Part shown: positions 1 through 13,309 of the stretch, piece by piece
Layout of the letters: each line of letters begins with the position of its first letter
Position numbering within the stretch: the stretch's first letter is position 1
Assembly (NCBI RefSeq): GCF_001194135.2
Contig: NC_068998.1
Span: 40,501,335 to 40,543,905 of the forward strand
From: Octopus bimaculoides
Lineage: Eukaryota
Reading direction: 5' to 3'
DNA length: 42,571 bases
Translations under genes and position numbers: made by a program
The notes under the pieces: generated by a model
What the model saw: the letters and a program-made list of their open reading frames with translations, nothing else
What the model was told of the DNA's origin: nothing
Databases searched by the model: none

Positions 1-57
<57 letters not shown>

Positions 58-120
58 ATATACATATATGTATGTATGTATATATATACATGCATATATG
101 TACATATGTATGTATATATA
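1..120. repeat. (TA)n/(TATG)n microsatellite, representative of many TA, CA, GATA, AAT and GAT arrays across the window
   Basis: Direct reading; most N-gaps abut such arrays. Confidence 0.95.
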
Positions 121-166
121 TTTATATTAATATAATACTTTCATGTTGTTTTGTCTTTGTTTCAAG

Positions 167-221
167 ATGTGCTCAATGATTACATTCACCACCATTCTAC
201 TGATGGCTTTCTGGCAACTAC
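167..221 (+). CDS. Gene A exon 1 (signal peptide MCSMITFTTILLMAFWQL)
   Basis: The acceptor ttgtctttgtttcaag sits immediately before the ATG at 167 and the donor is C|gtgagt at 222. Hydrophobic peptide, phase 1 matches exon 2. The acceptor implies a 5'UTR exon upstream, probably outside the window. Confidence 0.75.
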
Positions 222-3200
222 GTGAGTATATAACATCACATTGACACTAAAATATTTTATTACACCCACCTGTATTACTGGTATATGAGAGACCCAATTA
301 GAGACATACTTTGTGATCAGTCCACCTGTCAGATCTCTCCCTTAAATCACTTCCTGTATTGTTAAATAAAGGACACATTTGACAATCTTGTCCTTGAAAT
401 GTAACAGACAGGATTGTCATTGTTGGAAAGCTTTTTATCATAAGCATTAGGTCATCCCATAAATAATGTGTTTTTTTAATACTTCTTTTATTTTTCAAAA
501 TTAAGATAAACTAAGATCTTTTTTAATCAAAAATATACTCTCTTTCATTTTCTAAAATGCTCCTCCATCTATCTGGTAGACTTGCAAGGCCCCTCTTCCA
601 AAATTCACTTGTCCATGATGAAAATTACTTCTCCAGTACTGTTCTGACCTCATCTACAGAATTCATATTTTTTTGTCCAAATGATTTTGAAGACTACAAA
701 ATAAATGATAATCAGATGGGATACTGTCTGGCGAATATGGCAAGTGGGGCATCGTTTCCCATTCAAACTGCTACAACCTTTGAAATGTCATCCTCGCTGT
801 ATGTAACCAATCATTATCCTGATGGAAGGATACCTTTCATCTTAAAACCGAAGATGGTCTTTTTTCTGCTAGTGCTGACCTAAGCCACTCAAGCTGCTTG
901 CAGTAGATCTCCTTTGTTATCATTGGGTTTGGGTTTAAAAGTTCAAAGAGGACTAAACCTTTGATACCCCATCAAACAAATAACAACACCTTACATGGGT
1001 GAAGATCTTCTTTAGCCTGGGGTGCTGGTATTTCTCCTTTCCATACCCACTGTCTTTGATGCTTGACATTTTTATAGAGAACCCATTTCTCACCACACGT
1101 CACTATTAGGTCCAAAAAAGATTCATTTGTGAGATGTGACAGCAAAGAAGAGTACACATTCACTCTCTGCATGCAATTAGACTCAGAAAGTTTGTGAGGA
1201 ACTCATTGATCACTTTTGCTGACTTTTCCAATGGCACGCAAGTGTCGATGAATGGTTGAATGATCAAATCTAAGCTTCTCTACTAGTTCCTCAACCGTTA
1301 CAATGGGATTTTGTTCCACCAGGGTTTGCAGGATGTCCTTGTCAAGTTCTACAGATCTTCCAGAATGAGGCTCATCTTCTAGGCTGTAGTTTCTGGCTCA
1401 GAATTTCTGAAACCACCGTTGACACTGACTTACACTTATTGTCTGATCCCCATATACTGCATTAATATTCCTCACACTTTCTGTTGTGTTGTTGCTTTTA
1501 TTGAACTCATAAAGCAAAATATGCCAAATATGCTCCTTTATCACTTTCGTTATAGCTTTGAAAAAATTAACTGTTAAAATCAAACTGCACTCTTCAAAAC
1601 TTGCACTAAGAATAAAGAGAAGGTAAAATTACTACCTGCTTTTATAGTAAGTTGATGCAGGTAGTTTATCTCATCCCCCTCCAACTTTTAGTTCATGCAA
1701 ATAAAAAAAACACATTATATATGGGACCCAATATATTCAGTGAGGACTGACCAGGGGCTAAATAGCAACAACTTTTATATGAGCAACCACTTGACATGAC
1801 AGATCACTGAACTGCCTTTTTTAATTTTTCAAAGTCACTGGAAACTCTCCATTATATGTCATTGCTGTGCTGTGTCCATCATCCAGGTCAATGTCGTTCA
1901 AGAGTTAAGGCCAGCGTTCATGACATTATTCAGTTCTTAAAAGACTGATGGAAGAGTGGGAGGGATGGTGGTAAAGAGGAACGAATGAGAGGAAAGGATG
2001 AAGGTAAGATAAAAGGTGAAAAATTACATATTAATAAAATCAAGTATTCCTGTTTTCTTGTTTTCCAGTTGCTGCCACTAGCTACCGCCGTGTGTGTTAC
2101 TACACAAATTGGTCTCAGTACCGAATAGATCAGGCAAAATTCACCCCAGCCAATATTGATCCAAGCCTCTGTTCACACATTCACTTTGCATTTGCAAAAT
2201 TGGTCAAAAATAAACTTTCACCGATTGAAAACAATGATGTGCTTATGTAAGTAGTCTCACTGCTACTTTACACTAACATTTATCCTCTGTGCGTGTGTGT
2301 GTAGTCTTCAATGTTTTGGTTAGCTGTAGGTCAATCCTGATAGAGTAGACCAATGATTATCATAGTATTTAGCATTCTAGGCCAATTGTATAATGTGCCC
2401 CCTCTTTACCACTTCAGTGGCCTAGGCCAGACTTATAATGTGCACCTCTTTTGCCCCTCCAGCATTCCTAGACTAGTTCTACAGTGCACAACCCTTTTCC
2501 CTTTCAGTCTCATAGACCTTGCTTACATTGTGCATCCCCTTTGTCCCTTCAGCATCCCAGATCAACCTTACAATGTGCAACCCTTTTCCCCTTCAACGTC
2601 ATATACCAGCTCTGAAATGTGTGCCCCTGTTAAGTTTCACCATATACAAATATATCATAATATATGACAACCAAGACAATTATGTCACAAAGATCAAACA
2701 ACTTCAATTTACCTGGTTGAGTCAAAAGTTTTTCCATATTTTAAGCTTTAATTAATAGTTCAAACAAGTTTACCTCTGAAAAGCGTTTATTCATCAAAAT
2801 ATTTCCTATCATATTCTGAATGAATGAATGAATGAAATCCAATATTTTAAATCTGGGTTTGTCCTCATTAACAGGGGTGGCCAGATCTACCTCACCCTTA
2901 CAGCAACCGCTCTCACACCATCTCACCATCTCACCTGGTTTTGGGTATCCTCCCTCCTCGAGCCAACCCTCCTAATCTCCTGTTCCACTTGTCCCCTCAA
3001 GTACTCTCCTCAAAGCATGATTTTCATCCCTCCTCAACACATATCTATACCACCGCACTCCATTCACCCTTGCCAGCTGTTCCACCAATTCCTCCAACCC
3101 CAGCATCCCCATCAAGTCCTCAGCCTTCCTTTTATCCACCAGTTTCACATAACACATTGCTTTCACTATTGCTCTCCTGGTCCTTCTCAAAATTGCCATT

Positions 3201-6200
3201 TTTCTTTCCCTCAGACACCATGTCCTGCTCCCATACAGCATTGCAGATCTCACACAACTCCGATAAACCCTTCCTTTCATCTTCAAGAAGAACCTTTTCC
3301 CATATGACAACACTCCACATTCCCTGAACTTCACCCTACCAAGTCTCGTGCTTGCTGTTACAGCTGCTTCACATCCATCCTATCTCCCAAATAACAAAAC
3401 CCTCTCACTGCTTCCACCTCACCACATAGCATTTCCACTGGTTCTACCAGCCCTCCAGCTCCTTTCTCACATCTTCCACAAATAAAATCTCTTGCCAGTC
3501 TTGGGGTCACTCTCTTCATTTTCATACATCTACCATGAATCCATTTCCCATGTTTCGTACACAACACTGCAATTGCCATTACCCTCCTCCCACACACACC
3601 ATATGGATCTACCTTACTCACTAACACTTCTTCCATCCCGCTCACCATCACCTTGTCTTCTCAAGGTTTACCTTCAAACCCTTGCTTTCAAATGCCTCCT
3701 TCCATTTCTGTTGTCTGTTATTATCATTGTGCCAGAAGCTCAATTACATGCCTATACCATTTGGCTGGTTTAGAGATAAAAAAACTTCCTGCACCCGTTT
3801 TCAACCTCATCCACATTGTTGAACCTCAATCAGAGAAAGAAAGGAGCCATGGCTTGGCAAAGGCGGTAATCTAATGCTGAGAGATTACTGATGGACTGTA
3901 GGCAGAGAAGGGCAACATTTCCAACCCCTCAAGTTTCTCAAATTTGTGCTTGGTCACATTGGCTGTGTGTGCCAGGCCATTGTCATGCTGTCAGAGTATG
4001 TATCTCCAGTTGACCAATGCTGAGTAGAGGGCTTTTCAAAGTATCACATAATAACTGCAGTTGTTAAGCAGAAGGGTTAGAGTTCACAGCATGACCCTCA
4101 GGGACAAGCTCAAAGTGCAACTCTCCCTTGAAATTCCACCAGACACACACATTATCTTCTGTTCAAACCTCCAAAGTTAGACAAAAAATTTTGAAGCCTG
4201 GCCAGATCAAAGCCACTGATTTCTCTTATTAGAATTCTGAAAATATAGATTATACACTGTCTTTATATACTTCAAACCAGCCGATTTAACCTCATTTTGT
4301 AATTAACACAAGTACATGACATTGACAAACCACTATGACAGCAAAAAAGTGCCATTCTTGTGGTCATTTCCAGGGTGTTTTCAATTCACTTATCTCTGAA
4401 GTATATCATGTGTCTTTTTAATACAATGAGTCTATAAAGAGATTTTTTTTCTCCAGATGAAAAACTGCAGCTTATAGCTTTTTGATATCATATAGATAAA
4501 TATATCATTTAGACAAACATTAAGTATATTATATAGATACAGGTTCTTCCAGGTTTCTTATTCCCTTTTTTTTCCTTTTTTTTTTTTTTCTATTTTTCTT
4601 TAGGTACCAGAAGATTTCCGATCTGAAAAATAAAAATAATGATTTGAAGTTGGTCTTATCAATCGGAGGGTACAATGCAGGAAGTTCAGACTTCAGAAGT
4701 TTGGTATCAACAAAGAGGTCAAGGAAGATGTTTGCAGTTCAAACGGTTTCCTTCCTAAGACACCACAATTTTGATGGTTTGGACATTGACTGGGAGTATC
4801 CGACAGCCAGTGACAAACAGAAATTTGTCAAACTCGTTTGGGTAAGGTTTAGTGTGAATAATGAACACTTTCTATAATGAAGTAGTGTTATGTTATTGTT
4901 GGTGTTGTTGATGTTGCTACTGCTGCAGAAGCTGCTGTTGTCATTATTTAGCCAAAGTGGGTTCTAAACGAGCTGACCAATGATCAAAGGCATTTCAGCT
5001 GTGACTATCTCATCCTTAGTTTGGGAAGTGCATCTAGGGCTATATTATCCATTCATTTATTTAAAAAGTTAAGTGAGATTTCAAGAGTAAATTTAGCTGC
5101 TATTTCTTGTTCGCCTGTTGACCATACAAATGCTCCTATGCTGACTTTTGGTAGTGGTGGTAGTGGTGGTGGTGGTGATGGTAGGTGTGATGGTGGTAGT
5201 CATCATTGTTGTCATTGTCATCATCGGTGCTGTAGTCTTGGGGTCGTCAGTGGAGTTATCTATCACCATCTTCTCATTGTTTGAGTGAACCAATGGCCAA
5301 ATACCTTTTGTCTATGACAATGACATCTTTTACTTTGTAGCTAAAAGTATCTAGGAGTACATTATCCAATCTGTTCCTTAAGTATTTCTCTTTAATACTG
5401 TGGGATGTGACTGGAGGGATACCTAAGGCAGCTACTTCGCCCTTGGTAGAGTCTGTTTCAAGGTGGTGGACATAATGACTCCCCTCCTTCTTCCAACAGT
5501 TTCAGAGGCCTTGTAAAAACATTATAGCTACTGCTCTTCCTCTTCTGACTAAGCAATTAAAAATATTTTTGGTTTTGTATATATAAACACACTCACATGC
5601 ACGCCCACCCACATGTACACATACACACACATTTATATATATATATATATACCCATATATATATATATATATACCCATATATATATAGATATATATATAC
5701 TCNNNNNNNNNNNNNNNNNNNNNNNNNNNNNNNNNNNNNNNNNNNNNNNNNNNNNNNNNNNNNNNNNNNNNNNNNNNNNNNNNNNNNNNNNNNNNNNNNN
5801 NNNNNNNNNNNNNNNNNNNNNNNNNNNNNNNNNNNNNNNNNNNNNNNNNNNNNNNNNNNNNNNNNNNNNNNNNNNNNNNNNNNNNNNNNNNNNNNNNNNN
5901 NNNNNNNNNNNNNNNNNNNNNNNNNNNNNNNNNNNNNNNNNNNNNNNNNNNNNNNNNNNNNNNNNNNNNNNNNNNTTCACCTTACTGGAACTTGTACTGG
6001 TGGGACGTGAAAAACAACATTCGAGCGAGGTCATTGCCAGTGCCGCTGGACTGGCTCTTGTGCAGGTGGCACATAAAAAACACCATTTGAGCGTGGCCGT
6101 CGCCGGTATCACCTGGCTGGCCCTCGTACCAGTGGCACGTAAAAGTACAACACTACACTTTCGGAGTGGTTGGCATTAGGAAGGGCATCCAGCTGCAAAA

Positions 6201-9200
6201 ACTCTGCCAGATCAGATTGGAGCCTGGTGCAGCCATCTGGCTCACCAGTCCTCAGTCAAACCGTCAAACCCATGCCAGCATGGAAAGCGGACATTAAATG
6301 ATGATGATGATGATGATATATATATACCCACATGCGCACATATGCACATGCATATGTATATGCAAGATTCTACATGGATCTTTTCTGTTTGGTTGCTACT
6401 TTTCAGTTTCTTCAGTTCTTGTTCCAGTTGATTTCGTATTTGGCATATTGGTATAGTAACCATTGATATGAAATTCATTTTTGCCATAAATCAATAAATA
6501 GAGTTAATAGCTTTTAAAGTTTGCAATCTTTGGGTGTACACAATGTATACCATCACACTTCCTGTATTTATTGAATACTCTTGTGAAACAGTTGTGTATA
6601 CGTATATATACATTTGCTTAAGCAGAAAGGATTGATCACACAGGACAACAAAACCAGATAAACAAGAATACAACAAAATAAGATACAATATTGTATTTTA
6701 TTTTGTATTTTATATATATGTAATTGTCCAAGTTATTTGAGCATTGAATAGAATGCTAAGTGATATTCATTCGGATTCATTGCATTTTTAGTTCAAATCC
6801 ACCCAAAGTCAGAGAAACTGTAAGAACAACAGACAAGATGTCTTTGCAGTATTTACCCTGGCTTTTTGATTTCTGAGTTCAAATCCTAACATGGTCTCCT
6901 TGGATGGTAGCCATAATCACTCACTCAGTTTAACACCACCACCTGGCACCTGAGGGTTTTCTAAAGGGTTATGGACACTACCCCCATCATCATCATCAAC
7001 CCCTGTCTTAAGTCCTGAATTTCATAGGACTGGTTAGTTAGTTTCCTTAGCATATAAGTGACCAAAACCACAGGATTCTCTCTGAACAGGATGTCTGTCC
7101 ATTGCAAGGTTACACCCTTACAGTTGAGTAAACTAGAGCAATGTGAAATGGAGTGTTTTGCTCAAGAACACAAAGCACACTCAGTTCAGGAATCAAAACC
7201 ATGATCCTATGACACAGAGTGCAACACCCTAACCACTTAACCACTTAACCATGTGGTTTCTTCACTGACTAAAAGATGGGGTAAAAATGAGTTATTTAAC
7301 TGAAGGTGAAATATTTTTAGTAGATGCTTGATACATAAATCACTTAAACTTTTTAGGAACTCCGTCAGAATTTTGACAAAGAAGGCAAACGAACTCAGAA
7401 AGAACCTCTGTTGCTGACCTGTGCAGTGGCTGCAGGCAAGAATAAGATTGAGGCCGGTTATGATGTGGCCAACTTAGCCAAGTAAGTGGAGATATATTGC
7501 CTTTTGTATGACTACTGGCTTTTACACACATGCGCACACACACACACACACACATACACACACACACAGACATACATACACTCATACACACACACATGTG
7601 CACACATGCATACGCACTCACACACGTGTACACATGCACACACACACACACACATGCATGCATACTCACAGCATCCCAATCACAGAGAAATATAGAAAGC
7701 CTATATATAGATGATGATAAACTATTAATAAATTAATCAAAGTATAAAGTATTATAGAACCATTACAGCTGATCTTACTAATCTGTTTGGCATCGAGATA
7801 ATAGAGTGGCTATCTAACACATGACAAGTGTAGAAAAAATACGATTGCTAAATGAGGACAAACTGTTAACAACACTATTGTAGAAGGATGTCTCTAATGG
7901 TATAAGGAGGAGGAGAGATGACTGAGGTAATGTTAGAATAAGGAAACTAGTGAGAGTAAACGTGCATGTGGAAAGGGAAGGAAGAGCAGGGGAGGGAACT
8001 TGACTAAAACCTTCCTGCAGCCTTTGTGGATTGGTTGACAATTGATCTATAATAGATACAAGGAAGTTCAACATTAGTAAACAGATTTATACTACTGTTT
8101 TGTCACTGGAGTATTATTGGTATGTATTTTATTGACTCCCAAGAGGAATATAGCAAAGTTGATTCCACCAAGACTTCGTGGGAATTGAACTCNNNNNNNN
8201 NNNNNNNNNNNNNNNNNNNNNNNNNNNNNNNNNNNNNNNNNNNNNNNNNNNNNNNNNNNNNNNNNNNNNNNNNNNNNNNNNNNNNNNNNNNNCGCAGCGT
8301 TACTCAAGAAACAGGACGAAAGAGTACAAAAGGGGTCGCCACCACCCCCTGCCGGAGCCTCGTGGAGCTTTAGGTGTTTTCTCTCAATAAACACACACAA
8401 CGCCTGGTCTGGGAATCGAAACCACAATCCTCCAACTGCGAGTCCGCTGCCCTAACCACTGGGCCATTGCACCTCCACAATTGATCTATAATAGATACAA
8501 GGAAGTTCAACATTAGTAAACAGATTTATACTACTGTTTTGTCACTGGAGTATTATTGGTATGTATTTTATTGACTCCCAAGAGGAATATAGCAAAGTTG
8601 ATTCCACCAAGACTTCGTGGGAATTGAACTCATAACAGCAGAGAGTATGATTTAATTCTGCAAGACATTTCCTCTGATGCCCTCCTGATTCTGCTAAGCA
8701 TCAGCCCTTATAATTATGATGATGTATACATTGTAATGTGGTCAACATTAGGAAGGGCATCCAGCCATAGAAACCATGTCAAAGCAGACATTAGATCATG
8801 ATGCACTCTCTGGACCCATTGGATCTTGACAAACCGTCGAACCCATGCCAGCATGGCCAGATCATATGAACCCATATCAAGATCTGTTAACACTAATGTG
8901 ACTTCAAATGAATACAATTAACTAGAGTGCTAATGACCAAGTCTTATAAATTTATATTACAATCTATAAAAAACTGACCAACAACTGACTTCTAATGGCT
9001 ACAGTGAACTAGAATGTCAATGGCCAGATCTTATAGATTTATATCAAGATATGTAAAAACTGACCTGCATCTAACTCCAAATAGATACAGTGATTTAGAT
9101 AATTCATAATTAAGTCATAGAGATATAAAGGCACAAAGTGATACCTAATTATGTCTACACAGTTATATTACGTTAATCCCTTCAGCATACACAGATACAC

Positions 9201-10391
9201 ATACATAATTACTCTTGTTAACTGATACCATGTGTTTCTATCTAGATCTGTTTCTTCTAAGTCTATTCAATTTCTTTCACCAATTGTTCATAGCCATGGT
9301 CTGCCTCTAGATCATCAATCGAAAGTTTGTTTTATTTAACTTCTTTATTGTTTTAATTGTTGTTGTTGTTGGTGGTGGTGGTGTAGAATTCTATTATTTC
9401 ATTTTGAAATTCCTTAACAACCTTTTTCCCTTTACCATGGTTTGTTACAGACTGATGGACTACATTTCTGTCATGGCGTATGATTTCCATGGACCATGGA
9501 ACAATGTGACAGGGATGAATGCTCCTTTGTTTCCAGCATCTTATGAACGATTTCCTTACCAAAGACAACTGAATGTGGTAATATACCTTTATAGCATACA
9601 ATATACTATATTCAGTACATAATATCATACAATATCATACCTTTACAATATACTCTTGAAAATGTCACCAGCTAAACAGAGAAAAACTCTTTCATATTTC
9701 TTTTAGAAAACATTTTGTATGTGTAAGATAGAATATATAACAATCAAGTCTTTTTGGAAAGGTCTCTGAGATTGTTGAGGAGGAAGAAGAAGAAAAAATA
9801 ACCTGTGGGTTACTGCATAGTTTATCTTCAATATTAGTTTCCCCATCTTCATCCATCAATGGGTATTGCACTTGTCAATGTTGTTGTGTCCATAAATAAC
9901 CTGTGGCCCTTTTGTGAATGTCAGACATTCTACACCTTCCTTCATCAAGATCTCAATGACAGCATATTGTTTCTATTTGGAATCCATTATTTGCATGCAA
10001 TGAAAAAGAATAGAAAGAAGAGTTACTATAGAGGAAGCATTACTCTACCAACATATGAAAGTTGAAAGGCCTACAGTAGTTTATAAAAACAAAGTTATGC
10101 CCACTTTTTAATTACTTTCGGTATAACCCTTGTATATGTATGTTGTGTGTCTGTGTTTGTCCCCCCACCACCACCATCACTTAACAACTGGTATTGGTGT
10201 ATTTATGTCCCCATAACTCAGCAGTTCAGCAAAAGAGACCAATAGAATAATTAGCAGGCTTAGCGAAAAAATAAGTACTGGGGTTGATTTGTTCAAATAA
10301 AAAAAATTGTTCAAGGCAGTGCTCCAGCATGGCCACAGTCTAATGACAGAAGCAAGTAAAAGGTAAAGGATAAAAGATGTGTGTGTATGCA

Positions 10392-10422
<31 letters not shown>

Positions 10423-11416
10423 CAGATTTACTTGTTGAAAACTCTTCTATTTCCTGTGTAACTATTAAGAGAATCTAAGCATTCTGTAAAATGGCTAATT
10501 GAAAGCTAATTCGTTGTACACTGAAGAAATGAACATTGTTTTTTTGCTGGAAAAATGGTAAAATTGGAACTATTTTTAACCAAATAGCTGAGAGTAAAGT
10601 GAAGTATTTTGAGAGATTAGTGTGTGAGAAGGAAAGGGACAGTGCTCAAGAGAACTGATCATCAATTAAGCCATGTTAATTAATGTTTACTCATTTTGTT
10701 TTCATTAAATAATTATATCTTTTTTATATGTTTAATAATTGTAATGTCATTCTCTACATTTCTTTTCCTCTCTCTCTCTCTTACACACACATACACACAC
10801 ACAAACATATATACACATACACACACACAAACATATATACACATACACACATACTTCTAGGTTTGGACCATGCAGTACTGGGCTTCAAAGGGAGCACCAA
10901 GAGCTAAGCTCAATCTCGGTTTAGCAACCTACGGACGAGGTTTTCAACTAGCAAACCTAAGAAACTCATTTCCTGGAGCCAAAAGCAAAGGACCCTGTGA
11001 AGCTGGACAATATCTGGGTCAACGTGGATTTCTTGCTTACTTTGAGGTAAATTTGCTTCGATATATCACTGGTATATTACTGGTATGTATTTTATTAACC
11101 TTCGGGAGGAATACAGCCAAGTCATTTCCACCAAGACCTTGTGAGAATTGAACTCATAACAGCAAAGAGTATGTTTTAATTCTGCCAGACATTTCATCCG
11201 ATGCTCTGCTGGTTCTGCCATTTGTTGCCCCTTATAATTATGATAATGATCAACATGTTGATAACGACAGTGATGATGAGGATGGTGGTGGTGGTGGTGG
11301 TCATTGTGATGATGTGTGAATGTATGTTTATGCATATATATGTGTGTGTATGTGTTTGTGTGTGCATGGATGTGTGTGTGTGTGTGTGTGTGCACATATA
11401 TATAATATGTAAGACA

Positions 11417-11453
<37 letters not shown>

Positions 11454-13274
11454 CATAGACACTTCCATTAATCAATCTATTTCTCTCATCTTTAGCATTG
11501 CCATCTGAAAAACAAAACCACTTCCTACTGGATGGATGATTCTAAAGTACCTTACATTGTCAATGGGGACCAATGGATTGGTTATGATGACCAGAAGAGC
11601 ATGAAATTTAAGGTAATTGACATCTGAACATATCTGGGAAGTGAGGATGCAGGGTGTGTTGATAGGGTATCAAATTGCTAGCAGATTAATAAGGCTACAT
11701 TTCAATTTGAACACTGTAAAAGACCTCATGCAAAAAATATGGATTAATTGTTGATATTTACCCTTTCAATAAAGCAGGCACAAGTATAATTTCATTTTGT
11801 ATTTGATTTGCAGCATTACTGATGTAAACTTGTGTCTTTCAATGATTAGTTTATTGACTTTATAGTCGACCAATTGACAATTAAATAATAAAGAAGTGAA
11901 ATAGAACCAGTGTGTGTGTTTACTATGCTATTATAAAGAAAAGACCGTCTGATTGTCTGAAGCCAAGAGAACAGCTGTAAATAGGTGTTTCTGCCTCAGT
12001 AGGTCTCACCAGCACAGCAGCTGTCCATCAAAAGATTGATAAATATTGTTGAATAAGGCTTTACTAAATCAAAGACAAGAGAAACAATTCAAAATTGAAA
12101 TGAAGAGATCAAACTTGACAACTAACTGATAAAGCAATTAATTACACCACTTAGAACAAAAATCTAAGCCTAATGTCCAAATATCTATCTACTTAACTTT
12201 TCAATGAAATTCCACTTATAAGGTCATAAAACCTTCATATCTCTTTAATGAGACAAATGAGTATAAAATTCTGTTTCTAGTATCTGACTTAACAACCAAA
12301 AGATAATGCAATTAATTATCATGTCTCAGCAAAAAAATTTTCCTTGACCAATCCAGTTCTTGGCTCTGATTTATTTGTTTTATATAAATATTTTCATATG
12401 GACATGCCTAACTCGGAATATATATATTCAGTGCTCTTTCAGTTCATTCAGCATGTTATTTTACACACAATTCTGAACAATCTTATTTAGCATGTATTAT
12501 CAAAATTTGGGCTTACCCTGAGTATAAATTTACTAAAGTGAGCATATATTTGCAAGTTGATTTAATTTCTGCCAACTCTGACTTCAAGTATGTAATTTCA
12601 GCCAATAATTTAGGCTCCTTTTATTAAACCTGGTCATAGTTCATTTATTTTCGCTAAGCATCTGGTGGGCGTCTTAGAGGTGCCTTGTGTCAAAAAATAT
12701 CATTCATAGCAGATGTTCTCTTGACATCATTTACACATCCCTGACTCAGGCTCAGAATTTACAGCCTGTGTTGTTAGCTATAAATGTAAAAATTAAAAGC
12801 AATTCAAATTCAATGTTCTCTTGAAACAAGAAATCTCTATAGAGATTAGGATTTAAATTCCAATCTATGAAAAGTTTCTGTTCTAGAATATTCTTAAAGG
12901 AACGAAAATTTATCCAGCAACTCGGGATAATATGAACAAGCCTGACAGGTGTAAAGGACTAACTGACATCTCTTGTCAAGAGTACAGGTGACAGTCAGAT
13001 CACTGATGTTTGTTGTGTACTCCGCTATCGTTATTTGATTGCTGTTATTCTGTTTGTCTATGTGTAAAGATCAGTTGTGTTTTGCAAGGTTGCTTTATTT
13101 TTACTCTTAACTTAGAAATGGAGAAAGACATACTGCTAGATATTAAAAAAAATAAGCCATTTAGGGCTAGAAATATTGCGGGTAAACGTGAAACTCTTCG
13201 AGCGGGCATGTGTCCTATGCAAAATCTGTGATGAGCCTGAGTGATGCTAATGACCTGGAGTTGCCTCTGATATC

Positions 13275-13309
<35 letters not shown>

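Noticed and set aside
5021-5293. Thr-rich or Gly/His-rich ORFs resembling a mucin linker
   Set aside because: Derived from (GGT/GAT)n low complexity inside gene A intron 3; no compatible splice sites, and the Thr-rich frame is antisense to gene A.
6242-6487. Minus-strand ORF with QLEQELKKLK, superficially like chitinase exon 4
   Set aside because: Wrong strand for gene A, runs into a SINE tail, and the true exon 4 is at 7357-7481.
8293-8476. tRNA gene
   Set aside because: A and B boxes are present, but there is no complete cloverleaf or acceptor stem, and the sequence continues into a SINE body.
13229-13270. GTGATGA...CTGA box C/D-like pair
   Set aside because: Only about 40 nt apart, with no terminal stem or recognisable guide; too short for a snoRNA.
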